The notes beneath the pieces are model-generated. The model was given only the letters and a program-made list of their open reading frames with translations. It had not been told where the DNA came from and searched no databases. Below, piece after piece: positions 12,878 to 24,229 of a stretch of 64,000 nucleotides of DNA (its first letter is position 1; every line of letters starts with the position of its first letter). Location of the stretch: assembly GCF_056712565.1 (NCBI RefSeq), contig NZ_CM160072.1; one strand, written 5' to 3'. The translations under genes were made by a program, and so were the position numbers.

Positions 12878-13687
12878 ATGAGATCGTTAGCTGATTTCGA
12901 ATTTAATAAAGCGCCATTGTGCGAAGGCATGATCCTGGCTTGCGAAGCAATCCGCCGCGATTTTCCCTCGCAAGATGTTTACGACGAACTGGAGCGTCTC
13001 GTTAGTCTGGCGAAGGAAGAAATTAGCCAGCTTCTGCCATTAGAAGAGCAGCTAGAAAAATTAATCGCGCTGTTTTACGGCGAATGGGGGTTTAAAGCCT
13101 CACGCGGCGTTTATCGTCTTTCCGATGCATTATGGCTGGACCAGGTGTTAAAGAATCGACAGGGCAGTGCGGTATCATTAGGTGCGGTTTTATTATGGGT
13201 CGCGAATCGTCTCGATTTGCCGCTGCTGCCGGTGATTTTCCCTACGCAGCTGATATTGCGCATTGAATGTCCGGATGGCGAAATTTGGCTGATTAATCCT
13301 TTTAACGGTGAATCGTTAAGCGAACATATGCTGGATGTGTGGTTAAAGGGAAATATCAGCCCGTCGGCGGAACTGTTTTATGAAGACCTTGATGAAGCTG
13401 ATAACATTGAGGTAATCCGCAAATTGCTGGATACACTCAAAGCTTCGTTGATGGAAGAAAATCAGATGGAGCTGGCGTTACGCACCAGCGAAGCTTTATT
13501 ACAATTCAACCCGGAAGATCCCTATGAAATTCGCGATCGCGGGTTGATTTATGCGCAACTGGATTGCGAACACGTTGCGTTGAACGATTTAAGTTATTTC
13601 GTTGAACAGTGTCCGGAAGACCCGATCAGCGAAATGATCCGTGCGCAAATAAATAACATCGCGCATAAACATATTGTGCTGCATTAA
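12878..13687 (+). CDS. ychA: SirB1-like transglutaminase-like/TPR protein
   Basis: 269-aa ORF, conserved position upstream of kdsA. Confidence 0.85.
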   Translation: MRSLADFEFNKAPLCEGMILACEAIRRDFPSQDVYDELERLVSLAKEEISQLLPLEEQLEKLIALFYGEWGFKASRGVYRLSDALWLDQVLKNRQGSAVSLGAVLLWVANRLDLPLLPVIFPTQLILRIECPDGEIWLINPFNGESLSEHMLDVWLKGNISPSAELFYEDLDEADNIEVIRKLLDTLKASLMEENQMELALRTSEALLQFNPEDPYEIRDRGLIYAQLDCEHVALNDLSYFVEQCPEDPISEMIRAQINNIAHKHIVLH

Positions 13688-13713
13688 TTAATCGACATTT
13701 TACTCAAGATTAA

Positions 13714-14577
<864 letters not shown>

Positions 14578-14599
14578 TCTTTTTGTTTGAAAAATAAAG

Positions 14600-14628
14600 T
14601 CTTAGCGTTCTGCGTTAAGACTTTTTTT
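14600..14628 (+). terminator. Probable kdsA terminator (imperfect hairpin gtcttagcg..cgttaagac followed by TTTTTTT)
   Basis: Hairpin + U-run 20 bp after kdsA stop. Confidence 0.5.
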
Positions 14629-14643
14629 ATGGGTGCCGGATAC

Positions 14644-14675
14644 AAAAAAGGCCGCAGGCTGTTACCCCTGCGGCC
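14644..14675 (-). terminator. Rho-independent terminator downstream of ldr (ggccgcagg...ctgcggcc hairpin, U-run on minus strand)
   Basis: aaaaaa + GC hairpin on plus strand = hairpin + TTTTTT on minus strand, 3' of ldr. Confidence 0.5.
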
Positions 14676-14724
14676 GGTTTCGGGCGCATATTGCCATCAC
14701 GGCAGCCTGACGCCCGTTTTCACC

Positions 14725-14832
14725 TTACTTCCGGTTACGCCACCAGCCGACAATCGCTGCGGTAATAATTCCCGCCAGGATCGGTGCTGCCAGGTCGTGC
14801 CAGAAAATCATGGCAAACTGCGCGAGCGTCAT
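14725..14832 (-). CDS. ldrA: Ldr type-I toxin peptide (35 aa: MTLAQFAMIFWHDLAAPILAGIITAAIVGWWRNRK)
   Basis: Hand translation of minus strand; below the 60-aa cutoff of the ORF track; sequence matches Ldr family toxins; symbol is by position and copy identity is uncertain. Confidence 0.85.
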   Translation of the reverse strand: MTLAQFAMIFWHDLAAPILAGIITAAIVGWWRNRK

Positions 14833-14884
14833 ATAGCCGCCTTGTTGTAATGACAACATTTTGCGGCTATTCTTGAATTGTTGA

Positions 14885-14950
14885 TGGTTCAAGATTAGCC
14901 CCCGTTCTGTTGTCAGGTTTTACCTCTCAACGTGCGGGGGTTTTCTCTTT
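14885..14950 (+). ncRNA. Candidate Rdl antisense RNA of the ldr locus (approximate)
   Basis: Plus-strand hairpin (cccccg...cggggg) followed by T-rich run at about 14895-14950, antisense to the ldr 5' leader; placement inferred from known LDR organisation, coordinates approximate. Confidence 0.3.
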
Positions 14951-15237
14951 CCAGCAACCAATGCCACCAGGGATAAAGCCCCCGCAACATTGCGCCTCAC
15001 CGGATAACGCCGGCTTGGTGTGGATACTACGTCGCAATTCATCTTCACTTCATCCCTGAAATGTTTGCATTGAAGAGTACATTCCGGCTTTTCAACAGCT
15101 GTTGCAGTGGTTTCGTGCAGGTTGTGGTACAGGCTCGCAATTCTGATTAACGACCTGTCCAGGTAGTATGAAGAAATACAATAAGCAGGAATTTATATTA
15201 TCTCCCCCGATTTCCGTCATCGGAGGAGATATAACTG

Positions 15238-16338
15238 TCAGGCAAATATCGTCATCAAATAGGCGGCAAACAGTGCCAGATGCGCTGCGCCATTGAGCAC
15301 GTTAGTACGTCCGGTGGAGAAGGAGATATGGCACAGCACTAAAGAGGCCACCATCACCACCATTTCTGGCGCACCAAGTGCAAACTGCAATTCGTTACCC
15401 GTCATAAAGGCAATTAGCGTGACGACAGGTACGGTAAGCGAAATGGTTGCTAACACTGAACCAAAGAACAGATTCATCGCGCGCTGGACCTGGTTGTTCA
15501 ACACTGCTTTTAACGCACCTAAACCTTCCGGCGACAGAATCAACAGAGCCACCAGGAAGCCAGTAAAGGCGACAGGGGCATTCATGCTGTCGAGCAATGT
15601 CTCCAGCGGGCTGGCGTTCATTTTGGTCACCGCAATAACGGCAATCAGATGGACAATCAACCAGATAGCATGCCACAGGCTGCTATGGGCAGACGGTTTA
15701 CCGTGGTGCGGGTCGTCATCATCACTGTCATCTTCGTGCTCGTAGACAAATAAACTTTGATGCGTTTTGGTCTGGATCAGCAAAAATACGCCATACATTG
15801 CCGCAGAAATTAATGCTACCAGTAACGCCTGACCTGTTGAAAAATTCGCCGCAGGCAGAGCCATTGGAAATACCAGTACGATTATCGCCAGGGGGAACAG
15901 CGCAATTAAATACTGCTTGATACCAAACAGATTCATATATTGGGTGGCAAACTTGCGTCCGCCCAACAATAATGAAAAGCCAACCAGCCCACCGGTAACA
16001 ATCATAATGATTGAATAGAGCGTATCACGCATTAGCGTTGGCGCGGCGTCGCCGGTTGCCATTAAAGCTGAAATCAAACTGACTTCAAGAATAACCACTG
16101 AAAGGCTAAGAATAAGCGAACCGTAAGGTTCTCCCAGGCGATGGGCTAATACGTCCGCATGACGGACAACACTAAAGGCGCTACTTAAAATACCAATAAG
16201 CGCAAGAAGATTGATGGCAATGACCACTGGTAGTGTCTGGCTGCCTCCCCACAGGAACAGCACTACCAGCGCCAGAACCGGGAAAATAAGCGAAGTCTCC
16301 TTGTGGCGGGTTTTTACCGCCTCTTGAGCATTTGACAT
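15238..16338 (-). CDS. chaA: Na+(K+)/H+ and Ca2+/H+ antiporter ChaA
   Basis: ORF 15238..16425; start placed at ATG 16338 (MSNAQEAVKTRHKETS...), 366 aa. Confidence 0.92.
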   Translation of the reverse strand: MSNAQEAVKTRHKETSLIFPVLALVVLFLWGGSQTLPVVIAINLLALIGILSSAFSVVRHADVLAHRLGEPYGSLILSLSVVILEVSLISALMATGDAAPTLMRDTLYSIIMIVTGGLVGFSLLLGGRKFATQYMNLFGIKQYLIALFPLAIIVLVFPMALPAANFSTGQALLVALISAAMYGVFLLIQTKTHQSLFVYEHEDDSDDDDPHHGKPSAHSSLWHAIWLIVHLIAVIAVTKMNASPLETLLDSMNAPVAFTGFLVALLILSPEGLGALKAVLNNQVQRAMNLFFGSVLATISLTVPVVTLIAFMTGNELQFALGAPEMVVMVASLVLCHISFSTGRTNVLNGAAHLALFAAYLMTIFA

Positions 16339-16607
16339 TATGGTTATCCCTTTGCAGATGAATTTATCGAAAATGTAAAAAATAGGTAGGAAAAATAACA
16401 GAAATTGTCTGGATATCGGTAACATTTTACGAATTTTTACCCCGCTGTCGATTTTTTACTCATTTGGGCATAAAAATAAGTAATACGTTTAGACAATGTT
16501 TGTTTTAGCACTTCTTAAGAAGAGTCTGACATGAAAATTCTTATGTTTTGGCAAGAGTAGATATTGTTGACCACACTTAATGTTCAACTTTGTAAAAGGA
16601 GTCAACG

Positions 16608-16838
16608 ATGCCGTATAAAACGAAAAGCGATCTGCCGGAAAGCGTAAAGCACGTGCTTCCGTCTCATGCCCAGGATATCTATAAAGAAGCGTTCAACAGC
16701 GCATGGGATCAATATAAAGATAAAGAAGATCGGCGTGATGACGCCAGTCGCGAAGAAACAGCGCATAAAGTGGCCTGGGCTGCTGTGAAGCATGAATATG
16801 CCAAAGGGGATGATGATAAATGGCATAAAAAATCGTAA
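16608..16838 (+). CDS. chaB: Cation transport regulator ChaB
   Basis: 76-aa ORF MPYKTKSDLPESVKHVLPSHAQDIYKEAFN... Confidence 0.9.
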   Translation: MPYKTKSDLPESVKHVLPSHAQDIYKEAFNSAWDQYKDKEDRRDDASREETAHKVAWAAVKHEYAKGDDDKWHKKS

Positions 16839-16995
16839 AACTGGTAGCTTAGTTAAAGCTATTCGTGCGGTGTTGCCTTGCAAGTGGTCCGTGGATTGCA
16901 TATTGTCCCGTTAGTGGTTTCAAAATGAGCAGTAAAAATGTCCGGAAGACACCAAAAAGTTGTCGCAGGGAAGTATGCAGTGGCGGAGGTGTAAG

Positions 16996-17691
16996 GTGAT
17001 AACGCGTGATTTCTTGATGAATGCCGATTGTAAAACGGCATTTGGTGCCATTGAAGAATCACTCTTATGGTCAGCAGAACAACGGGCGGCTTCGCTGGCG
17101 GCGACGCTGGCTTGTCGACCTGATGAGGGACCGGTGTGGATCTTCGGTTATGGATCGTTGATGTGGAATCCGGCACTGGAGTTTACCGAGTCGTGCACCG
17201 GTACACTGGTTGGATGGCATCGCGCGTTTTGCCTGCGCCTGACCGCCGGGCGCGGGACTGCGCACCAGCCGGGACGAATGCTTGCACTGAAAGAGGGCGG
17301 ACGCACCACAGGCGTCGCCTATCGACTGCCAGAAGAGACGCTGGAGCAGGAACTAACCCTGCTGTGGAAGCGCGAGATGATTACCGGCTGTTATCTGCCA
17401 ACCTGGTGTCAGCTTGATCTTGATGATGGACGCACAGTAAACGCCATTGTGTTTATTATGGACCCGCGACATCCAGAATATGAATCTGACACTCGCGCTC
17501 AGGTCATAGCGCCGTTGATTGCGGCGGCGAGCGGTCCGCTGGGAACCAATGCACAATACCTGTTTTCACTGGAACAGGAGCTTATCAAACTGGGAATGCA
17601 GGACGATGGGCTGAATGAATTGCTGGTATCGGTAAAAAAACTGCTGGCGGAGAATTATCCGGATGGTGTGTTACGGCCGGGATTCGCCTGA
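16996..17691 (+). CDS. chaC: Gamma-glutamylcyclotransferase ChaC (glutathione-specific); GTG start
   Basis: ORF 16960..17691; GTG at 16996 preceded by GGAGGTG Shine-Dalgarno gives 231 aa (MITRDFLMNADCK...). Confidence 0.9.
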   Translation: MITRDFLMNADCKTAFGAIEESLLWSAEQRAASLAATLACRPDEGPVWIFGYGSLMWNPALEFTESCTGTLVGWHRAFCLRLTAGRGTAHQPGRMLALKEGGRTTGVAYRLPEETLEQELTLLWKREMITGCYLPTWCQLDLDDGRTVNAIVFIMDPRHPEYESDTRAQVIAPLIAAASGPLGTNAQYLFSLEQELIKLGMQDDGLNELLVSVKKLLAENYPDGVLRPGFA

Positions 17692-17710
17692 GTAAACTTT
17701 CCTCATAGTG

Positions 17711-17726
17711 GGGCGTCAGACGCCCC
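17711..17726. terminator. GC hairpin (gggcgtc-aga-cgcccc) between convergent chaC and ychN
   Basis: Perfect short inverted repeat; U-run weak. Confidence 0.4.
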
Positions 17727-17734
17727 CTCAAACA

Positions 17735-18088
17735 TTAAAATGTGAGCACTTTATCGGCTGACAGCGTCCATTGCGCCAGTTCAACAAGAGTACCGATTTC
17801 CACCCCATCAATCAGAGGAAGTGTACTAATTCCGCGCCCGTCGGTACAGATTTTGCACAATTTCACCGGTACATTCTGAGCGGTAAGGATCTCCAGCATT
17901 TGCTGAATGTTGTAGCCTTCCCCTGGTTTTTGCCCGCGCAACCCGGCTGTGACCGCATCAGACATCAGGAACAGACGCAGATCCAGATTGTTCTCCTGCT
18001 CTCGTAACGCAATGGCCAGCCGCAAGCTGTTAAACAAGGATTCGCTCCCGTAAGGTGCGCCATTGGCAACGATCACGATTTTTTGCAT
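17735..18088 (-). CDS. ychN: DsrE/DsrF-like sulfur-relay family protein YchN
   Basis: 117-aa ORF MQKIVIVANGAPYGSES... Confidence 0.9.
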   Translation of the reverse strand: MQKIVIVANGAPYGSESLFNSLRLAIALREQENNLDLRLFLMSDAVTAGLRGQKPGEGYNIQQMLEILTAQNVPVKLCKICTDGRGISTLPLIDGVEIGTLVELAQWTLSADKVLTF

Positions 18089-18105
18089 TATTTACTCCTG
18101 TATTC

Positions 18106-18263
<158 letters not shown>

Positions 18264-18272
18264 ACCGACGTT

Positions 18273-19667
18273 TTGAGCCGTTTCGTTCCTCGCATTATTC
18301 CGTTTTATTTACTCTTGCTGGCGGCAGGCGGTACAGCTAACGCACAATCTACCTTCGAGCAAAAAGCGGCAAATCCCTTTGATAATAACAATGATGGTCT
18401 GCCGGATTTAGGCATGGCACCTGAAAATCATGATGGGGAAAAACACTTTGCTGAAATTGTGAAAGATTTCGGCGAAACCAGTATGAATGATAACGGGCTG
18501 GATACTGGCGAGCAGGCAAAAGCTTTCGCATTGGGAAAGGTCCGCGACGCGCTTAGTCAACAGGTTAATCAGCACGTAGAGTCCTGGCTATCACCGTGGG
18601 GAAATGCCAGTGTTGACGTCAAAGTGGATAACGAAGGACATTTCACCGGCAGTCGTGGAAGCTGGTTTGTGCCGTTACAAGATAATGATCGTTATCTCAC
18701 CTGGAGCCAGCTTGGTCTTACTCAGCAGGATGATGGGCTGGTGAGCAATGTGGGCGTTGGGCAACGCTGGGCGCGCGGCAGCTGGCTGGTGGGTTATAAC
18801 ACTTTTTATGACAACTTGCTGGACGAAAATCTTCAGCGAGCGGGCTTTGGCGCTGAAGCGTGGGGCGAATATTTGCGACTATCGGCAAACTTTTATCAGC
18901 CGTTTGCTGCATGGCATGAACAGACAGCCACGCAGGAACAACGGATGGCGCGCGGGTACGACCTGACAGCCCGGATGCGCATGCCGTTCTATCAACACCT
19001 CAATACCAGTGTCAGCGTAGAACAGTATTTTGGTGATCGTGTCGATTTGTTTAACTCTGGTACGGGTTATCACAATCCCGTCGCGTTGAGTCTGGGATTA
19101 AATTACACCCCTGTGCCCTTAGTCACTGTGACGGCCCAGCATAAACAGGGTGAAAGTGGCGAGAATCAAAATAACCTCGGGCTGAATCTTAACTACCGCT
19201 TTGGTGTACCGCTCAAAAAACAACTTTCTGCGGGCGAGGTTGCCGAAAGTCAGTCGTTACGTGGTAGTCGCTATGACAATCCGCAGCGAAATAATCTGCC
19301 GACTCTTGAGTACCGACAGCGAAAAACGTTAACGGTGTTTCTGGCGACACCTCCGTGGGATCTAAAACCTGGCGAAACAGTGCCGCTGAAATTACAAATC
19401 CGCAGTCGTTACGGTATTCGGCAACTGATTTGGCAGGGCGATACGCAGATATTAAGTTTGACGCCGGGCGCACAAGCCAACAGTGAGGAGGGCTGGACGC
19501 TGATCATGCCTGACTGGCAAAACGGGGAAGGCGCAAGCAATCACTGGCGATTGTCAGTGGTGGTGGAAGATAACCAGGGGCAGCGTGTCTCCTCCAATGA
19601 GATCACGCTAACGCTTGTCGAACCGTTCGACGCATTGTCAAACGACGAACTGCGCTGGGAACCGTAA
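18273..19667 (+). CDS. ychO: Invasin/intimin-family beta-domain protein YchO (start codon uncertain)
   Basis: 464-aa ORF with N-terminal signal-like segment. Confidence 0.85.
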   Translation: MSRFVPRIIPFYLLLLAAGGTANAQSTFEQKAANPFDNNNDGLPDLGMAPENHDGEKHFAEIVKDFGETSMNDNGLDTGEQAKAFALGKVRDALSQQVNQHVESWLSPWGNASVDVKVDNEGHFTGSRGSWFVPLQDNDRYLTWSQLGLTQQDDGLVSNVGVGQRWARGSWLVGYNTFYDNLLDENLQRAGFGAEAWGEYLRLSANFYQPFAAWHEQTATQEQRMARGYDLTARMRMPFYQHLNTSVSVEQYFGDRVDLFNSGTGYHNPVALSLGLNYTPVPLVTVTAQHKQGESGENQNNLGLNLNYRFGVPLKKQLSAGEVAESQSLRGSRYDNPQRNNLPTLEYRQRKTLTVFLATPPWDLKPGETVPLKLQIRSRYGIRQLIWQGDTQILSLTPGAQANSEEGWTLIMPDWQNGEGASNHWRLSVVVEDNQGQRVSSNEITLTLVEPFDALSNDELRWEP

Positions 19668-20318
19668 TCAGAAAATGCGCTCCTGATGCACCCATACCGC
19701 AGCTTCCACGCGAGACTTTAGCTTCATTTTCTTCAGCATGTGCTTGACGTGAACTTTTACTGTGCTTTCGGTGATGTCCAGGCGGCGGGCAATCATCTTG
19801 TTCGGCAAACCCTGGGCAATTAGCTTGAGAATATCGCGCTCGCGTGGGGTTAACTGGTTAACATCGCGCTCAGTAGTGGCACGGTTAGCGCGCAAGCTGG
19901 CGGCCAGAACAGGCGTTAATGCTTCGCTTAATACCATTTCGCCAGCAGCTGCCTGATGTAACGCTTTCAGCAGATCTTCCGGTTCCATATCTTTTAACAG
20001 ATAGCCATCCGCGCCGCGTTTCAGTGCGGTGACCACATCTTCTTCATGGTTAGAGACGCTGAATACCACAATGCGCCCGGAGAGGGACTTTTCGCGCAGT
20101 TTATCCAGCGTTTCCAGACCGTTCATGCCGGGCATATTGAGATCTAACAGGATCAGATCGGGATCAAGAGACTCCGCCAGTTCAATACCCTGTTCGCCAT
20201 TACTCGCTTCGCCAACCACGGTGATATCTGGTGCCATACTGATAAGCTGTTTTACGCCAGTTCGCAACATCGGGTGATCGTCGATCAGCAGGATAGTAGC
20301 CGGTTCCTGATTACTCAT
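19668..20318 (-). CDS. narL: Nitrate/nitrite response regulator NarL
   Basis: ORF 19668..20432; start placed at ATG 20318 ([19 protein letters not shown]...), 216 aa; overlaps narX stop by 8 bp. Confidence 0.95.
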
Positions 20319-22107
20319 GGGTATCTCCTTGGACGTCTGTGAAAGTTTTTTCGGGAATAAAGGTGACCACCACTTCGGTGCCACCTGATTCACGACGGCG
20401 GACGCGGCAATCGCCTCGTAAACTTTGCGCACGGTCGCGCATTATTATCATGCCGTAGTGATTGCTGCGGATGGCATTTTCAGGCACGCCGCAGCCGTTA
20501 TCCTGGACGGTCAGTTTGACCTGATTATCGTTTTGCGCCACCGTCACCACGACCTCACTCGCTTGCGAATGTTTGAGGGCGTTACTTAATGCCTCACGGG
20601 CAATTTGCAACAAGTGGATTGCCTGATGCGAAGGCACCAGACGAGGCGGCAATTGATAATCCAGCTTCACCGGGAAGCCAAATTTGGCGCTGTACTCTTC
20701 GCAACTCGCCTCCAGCGCCGGACGTAATCCAGGCTCGGTGAGCTGCAAACGGAATGTGGTGAGCAATTCACGCAACTGCACCCAGGATGCATTCAGTTCG
20801 TTACGGATCTGACTTAACAGTTCGCGGCTGCTTTCTGGCAGCGCATCGCCCTGCATCTGTAAGCAACTCACCTGCATCTTCATGCAAGAGAGAGATTGGG
20901 CAATAGAATCATGCAGTTCGCGCGCAATGGTGGCACGCTCTTCCATCACGATCAACTGTTGCTGACGTTCCTGATGGCGATCCAGCGCCAGCGTGGCGGT
21001 GAGTTGTTCAACCAGGGTATCCACCAGTTGTTGTTGATCATGGCTAAGATGACGCCCCTGCGGCAGGGTCGCCAGCAAAATACCGTACTGCGTATGAGTG
21101 TCAGCCAGCCGCCACTTCAGGGTTGTGCCGCGATCGCCAACGGGTAATACGCCGCGCGGGCAGAGCTGGCAGCCTTTATCATCACAAGTCATATCTGGCT
21201 GGCAGGTAAACTCCTGATGATTCTCTTCATCATCAGTGTCATACACCCGCAGTTCGATATCACGTAGCAGGGTTAAATTCTGTAATCCGTTGAGTACAGG
21301 TGACAGGCGTTCACACAGCGGGGCGCGGGAATGCAATCGGCGGTTGGCCTGCCATAAAAAAGAGAGGATCTGATTTTTATGCTCCAGCCCGGCGGTTTTC
21401 TCCTGAACCCGCTGCTCAAGTACGGCATAACTTTCGGCCAGTTCTGCAGACATATTGTTCAACGCAGTTCCAAGCATCGCCATTTCGTTGCGCCCGCTGA
21501 TGTTTGCGCGTTGGGTAAAATCGCGATGGCTGACGGCACTCGCCATTGCCAGCAGTTGCCGCCACGGTTGTAGCAATCTCGCCCGCAACCAGATAATAGT
21601 GAATACCAGTAAAAGTGCCATAAATACCGCCATTACCCGATGGACCAGCACCACTGTCTCAATGCGCATTTCCGTGGTGCGATCAAAACCAGATACCAGC
21701 TGATCAAGCCCGGCAACAAACTGGCTGACATCCGCTGACACCGTTTCGCGGTTTTGTGCACGCATCAGTGCAGGGATCAGTTCATTACGCCAGTAATCTT
21801 GTAAACCCTGTAATTGCGCCAGTTGCCCGTCTCGTTCTGCTGCTCGAGTCAACTCGGCGCTAAATGCTGTTTGTTCCATCTCTTTAATTAAGGGCTTGTC
21901 TTTCTCGCTTAATGGCACTGCTGCCAACAGACGGTAACTTTGCATGCGCAGCGATCCCGCTTTGTTGATCGCATGGGCGCTGCCCTGAACGCCTTGCACC
22001 AGCCAGCCAGAAACCGCCATCCCTGCCAGTCCAATAGCAGTAGAAAGCAACACAATAAGCGCAACCTGATTAACCAGGGTGAGCGGAGAGAGACAACGTT
22101 TAAGCAT
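20311..22107 (-). CDS. narX: Nitrate/nitrite sensor histidine kinase NarX
   Basis: 598-aa ORF with HAMP and H-box (ELHDSIAQ). Confidence 0.95.
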
Positions 22108-22372
22108 GTAAACCTCTTCCTTCAGGCTTTAAATGAGCAATAACCTTAATGAATGTGACGATACATTCTGGAATGGCAGTATTCTCGGCTATTGGCTGAA
22201 GTATACCCATACCCGGAAAGAGTTACTCCTTATTTGCCGTGTGGTTAGTCGCTTTACATCGGTAAGGGTAGGGATTTTACAGCACCGTGAAAAATCTCAT
22301 AATTTTTATGAAATCACTGTACTCACTATGGATAATGATAAATATCAATGATAGATAAAGTTATCTTATCGT

Positions 22373-22386
22373 TTGATTTACATCAA
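22373..22386. promoter_or_regulatory. FNR box (TTGAT-TTAC-ATCAA) in the narK promoter region
   Basis: Perfect FNR consensus read in sequence about 60 bp upstream of narK start codon. Confidence 0.8.
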
Positions 22387-22445
22387 ATTGCCTTTAGCTA
22401 CAGACACTAAGGTGGCAGACATCGAAACGAGTATCAGAGGTGTCT

Positions 22446-23837
22446 ATGAGTCACTCATCCGCCCCCGAAAGGGCTACTGGAGCTGTCATTACAGATTGGC
22501 GACCGGAAGATCCTGCGTTCTGGCAACAACGCGGTCAACGTATTGCCAGCCGCAACCTGTGGATTTCCGTTCCCTGTCTGCTGCTGGCGTTTTGCGTATG
22601 GATGTTGTTCAGCGCTGTTGCGGTGAACTTACCGAAAGTCGGTTTTAATTTTACGACCGATCAGCTATTTATGTTGACTGCGCTGCCTTCGGTTTCTGGC
22701 GCGTTATTACGTGTTCCATACTCCTTTATGGTTCCTATCTTCGGTGGTCGTCGCTGGACGGCGTTCAGCACCGGTATTCTGATTATTCCTTGCGTCTGGC
22801 TGGGTTTTGCCGTGCAGGATACCTCCACGCCTTATAGCGTCTTCATCATCATTTCTCTGCTGTGCGGCTTTGCTGGCGCGAACTTCGCATCCAGTATGGC
22901 AAACATCAGCTTCTTCTTTCCGAAACAGAAGCAGGGTGGCGCGCTGGGTCTGAATGGTGGTCTGGGCAACATGGGCGTCAGCGTCATGCAGTTGGTTGCT
23001 CCGCTGGTGGTATCACTGTCGATTTTCGCAGTATTTGGTAGCCAGGGCGTCAAACAGCCGGATGGGACTGAGCTGTATCTGGCGAATGCGTCCTGGATAT
23101 GGGTGCCGTTCCTTGCCATCTTCACCATTGCGGCGTGGTTTGGCATGAACGATCTTGCTACCTCGAAAGCCTCCATCAAGGAGCAGTTGCCGGTACTCAA
23201 ACGGGGTCATCTGTGGATTATGAGCCTGCTGTATCTGGCAACCTTCGGCTCCTTCATCGGCTTCTCCGCGGGCTTTGCGATGCTGTCAAAAACGCAGTTC
23301 CCGGATGTTCAGATTCTGCAATACGCTTTCTTCGGGCCGTTTATTGGTGCGCTGGCGCGTTCTGCAGGTGGTGCATTATCTGACCGTCTGGGCGGAACTC
23401 GTGTCACTCTGGTGAACTTTATCCTGATGGCGATTTTCAGCGGCCTGCTGTTCCTGACCTTACCGACTGACGGACAGGGCGGAAGCTTCATGGCGTTCTT
23501 CGCAGTCTTCCTGGCGCTGTTCCTGACCGCTGGGCTGGGTAGTGGTTCCACTTTCCAGATGATTTCCGTGATCTTCCGTAAACTGACAATGGATCGTGTG
23601 AAAGCAGAAGGGGGTTCTGACGAACGTGCGATGCGTGAAGCGGCAACCGACACGGCGGCGGCGCTGGGTTTCATCTCTGCGATTGGCGCGATTGGTGGCT
23701 TCTTTATCCCGAAAGCGTTTGGTAGCTCGCTGGCATTAACGGGTTCGCCAGTCGGCGCAATGAAAGTATTTTTGATTTTCTATATCGCCTGCGTGGTGAT
23801 TACCTGGGCGGTATATGGTCGGCATTCTAAAAAATAA
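22446..23837 (+). CDS. narK: Nitrate/nitrite antiporter NarK (MFS)
   Basis: ORF 22440..23837; ATG at 22446 gives MSHSSAPERATGAVITDW..., 463 aa. Confidence 0.95.
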   Translation: MSHSSAPERATGAVITDWRPEDPAFWQQRGQRIASRNLWISVPCLLLAFCVWMLFSAVAVNLPKVGFNFTTDQLFMLTALPSVSGALLRVPYSFMVPIFGGRRWTAFSTGILIIPCVWLGFAVQDTSTPYSVFIIISLLCGFAGANFASSMANISFFFPKQKQGGALGLNGGLGNMGVSVMQLVAPLVVSLSIFAVFGSQGVKQPDGTELYLANASWIWVPFLAIFTIAAWFGMNDLATSKASIKEQLPVLKRGHLWIMSLLYLATFGSFIGFSAGFAMLSKTQFPDVQILQYAFFGPFIGALARSAGGALSDRLGGTRVTLVNFILMAIFSGLLFLTLPTDGQGGSFMAFFAVFLALFLTAGLGSGSTFQMISVIFRKLTMDRVKAEGGSDERAMREAATDTAAALGFISAIGAIGGFFIPKAFGSSLALTGSPVGAMKVFLIFYIACVVITWAVYGRHSKK

Positions 23838-23961
23838 ATCGTAATATTTGATTATCCTTTGCGCGGCATGATGTCGCGCTTTTTTTATGCGTCATTTAGT
23901 TACAACATACTAATGTTGTATGGCTTATTTCGCTGGATTTCATTAAGAGTCATTAATATGT

Positions 23962-23991
23962 TACCCATGGGGAATACTCCTTAATACCCAT
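23962..23991. promoter_or_regulatory. NarL heptamer cluster (TACCCAT / TACTCCT / TACCCAT) about 200 bp upstream of the narG transcription start
   Basis: Three TACYYMT heptamers read in sequence at the expected distance from the FNR site. Confidence 0.7.
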
Positions 23992-24124
23992 CTGCATAAA
24001 AATCTTAATGGTTTAAATAACTACAGGTGTAAAATGTCTTAATTTACAGTCTGTTATGCTATAAATGTTAATTATCCTAAAGGGGTATTCCAGGAATTTA
24101 CTTTATTTTTCATCCCCATCACTC

Positions 24125-24138
24125 TTGATCGTTATCAA
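24125..24138. promoter_or_regulatory. FNR box (TTGAT-CGTT-ATCAA) of the narG promoter
   Basis: Perfect FNR consensus about 90 bp upstream of narG ATG. Confidence 0.85.
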
Positions 24139-24229
24139 TTCCCACGCTGTTTCAGAGCGTTACCTTGCCCTTAAACATTAGCAATGTCGATTTATCAGAG
24201 GGCCGACAGGCTCCCACAGGAGAAAACCG

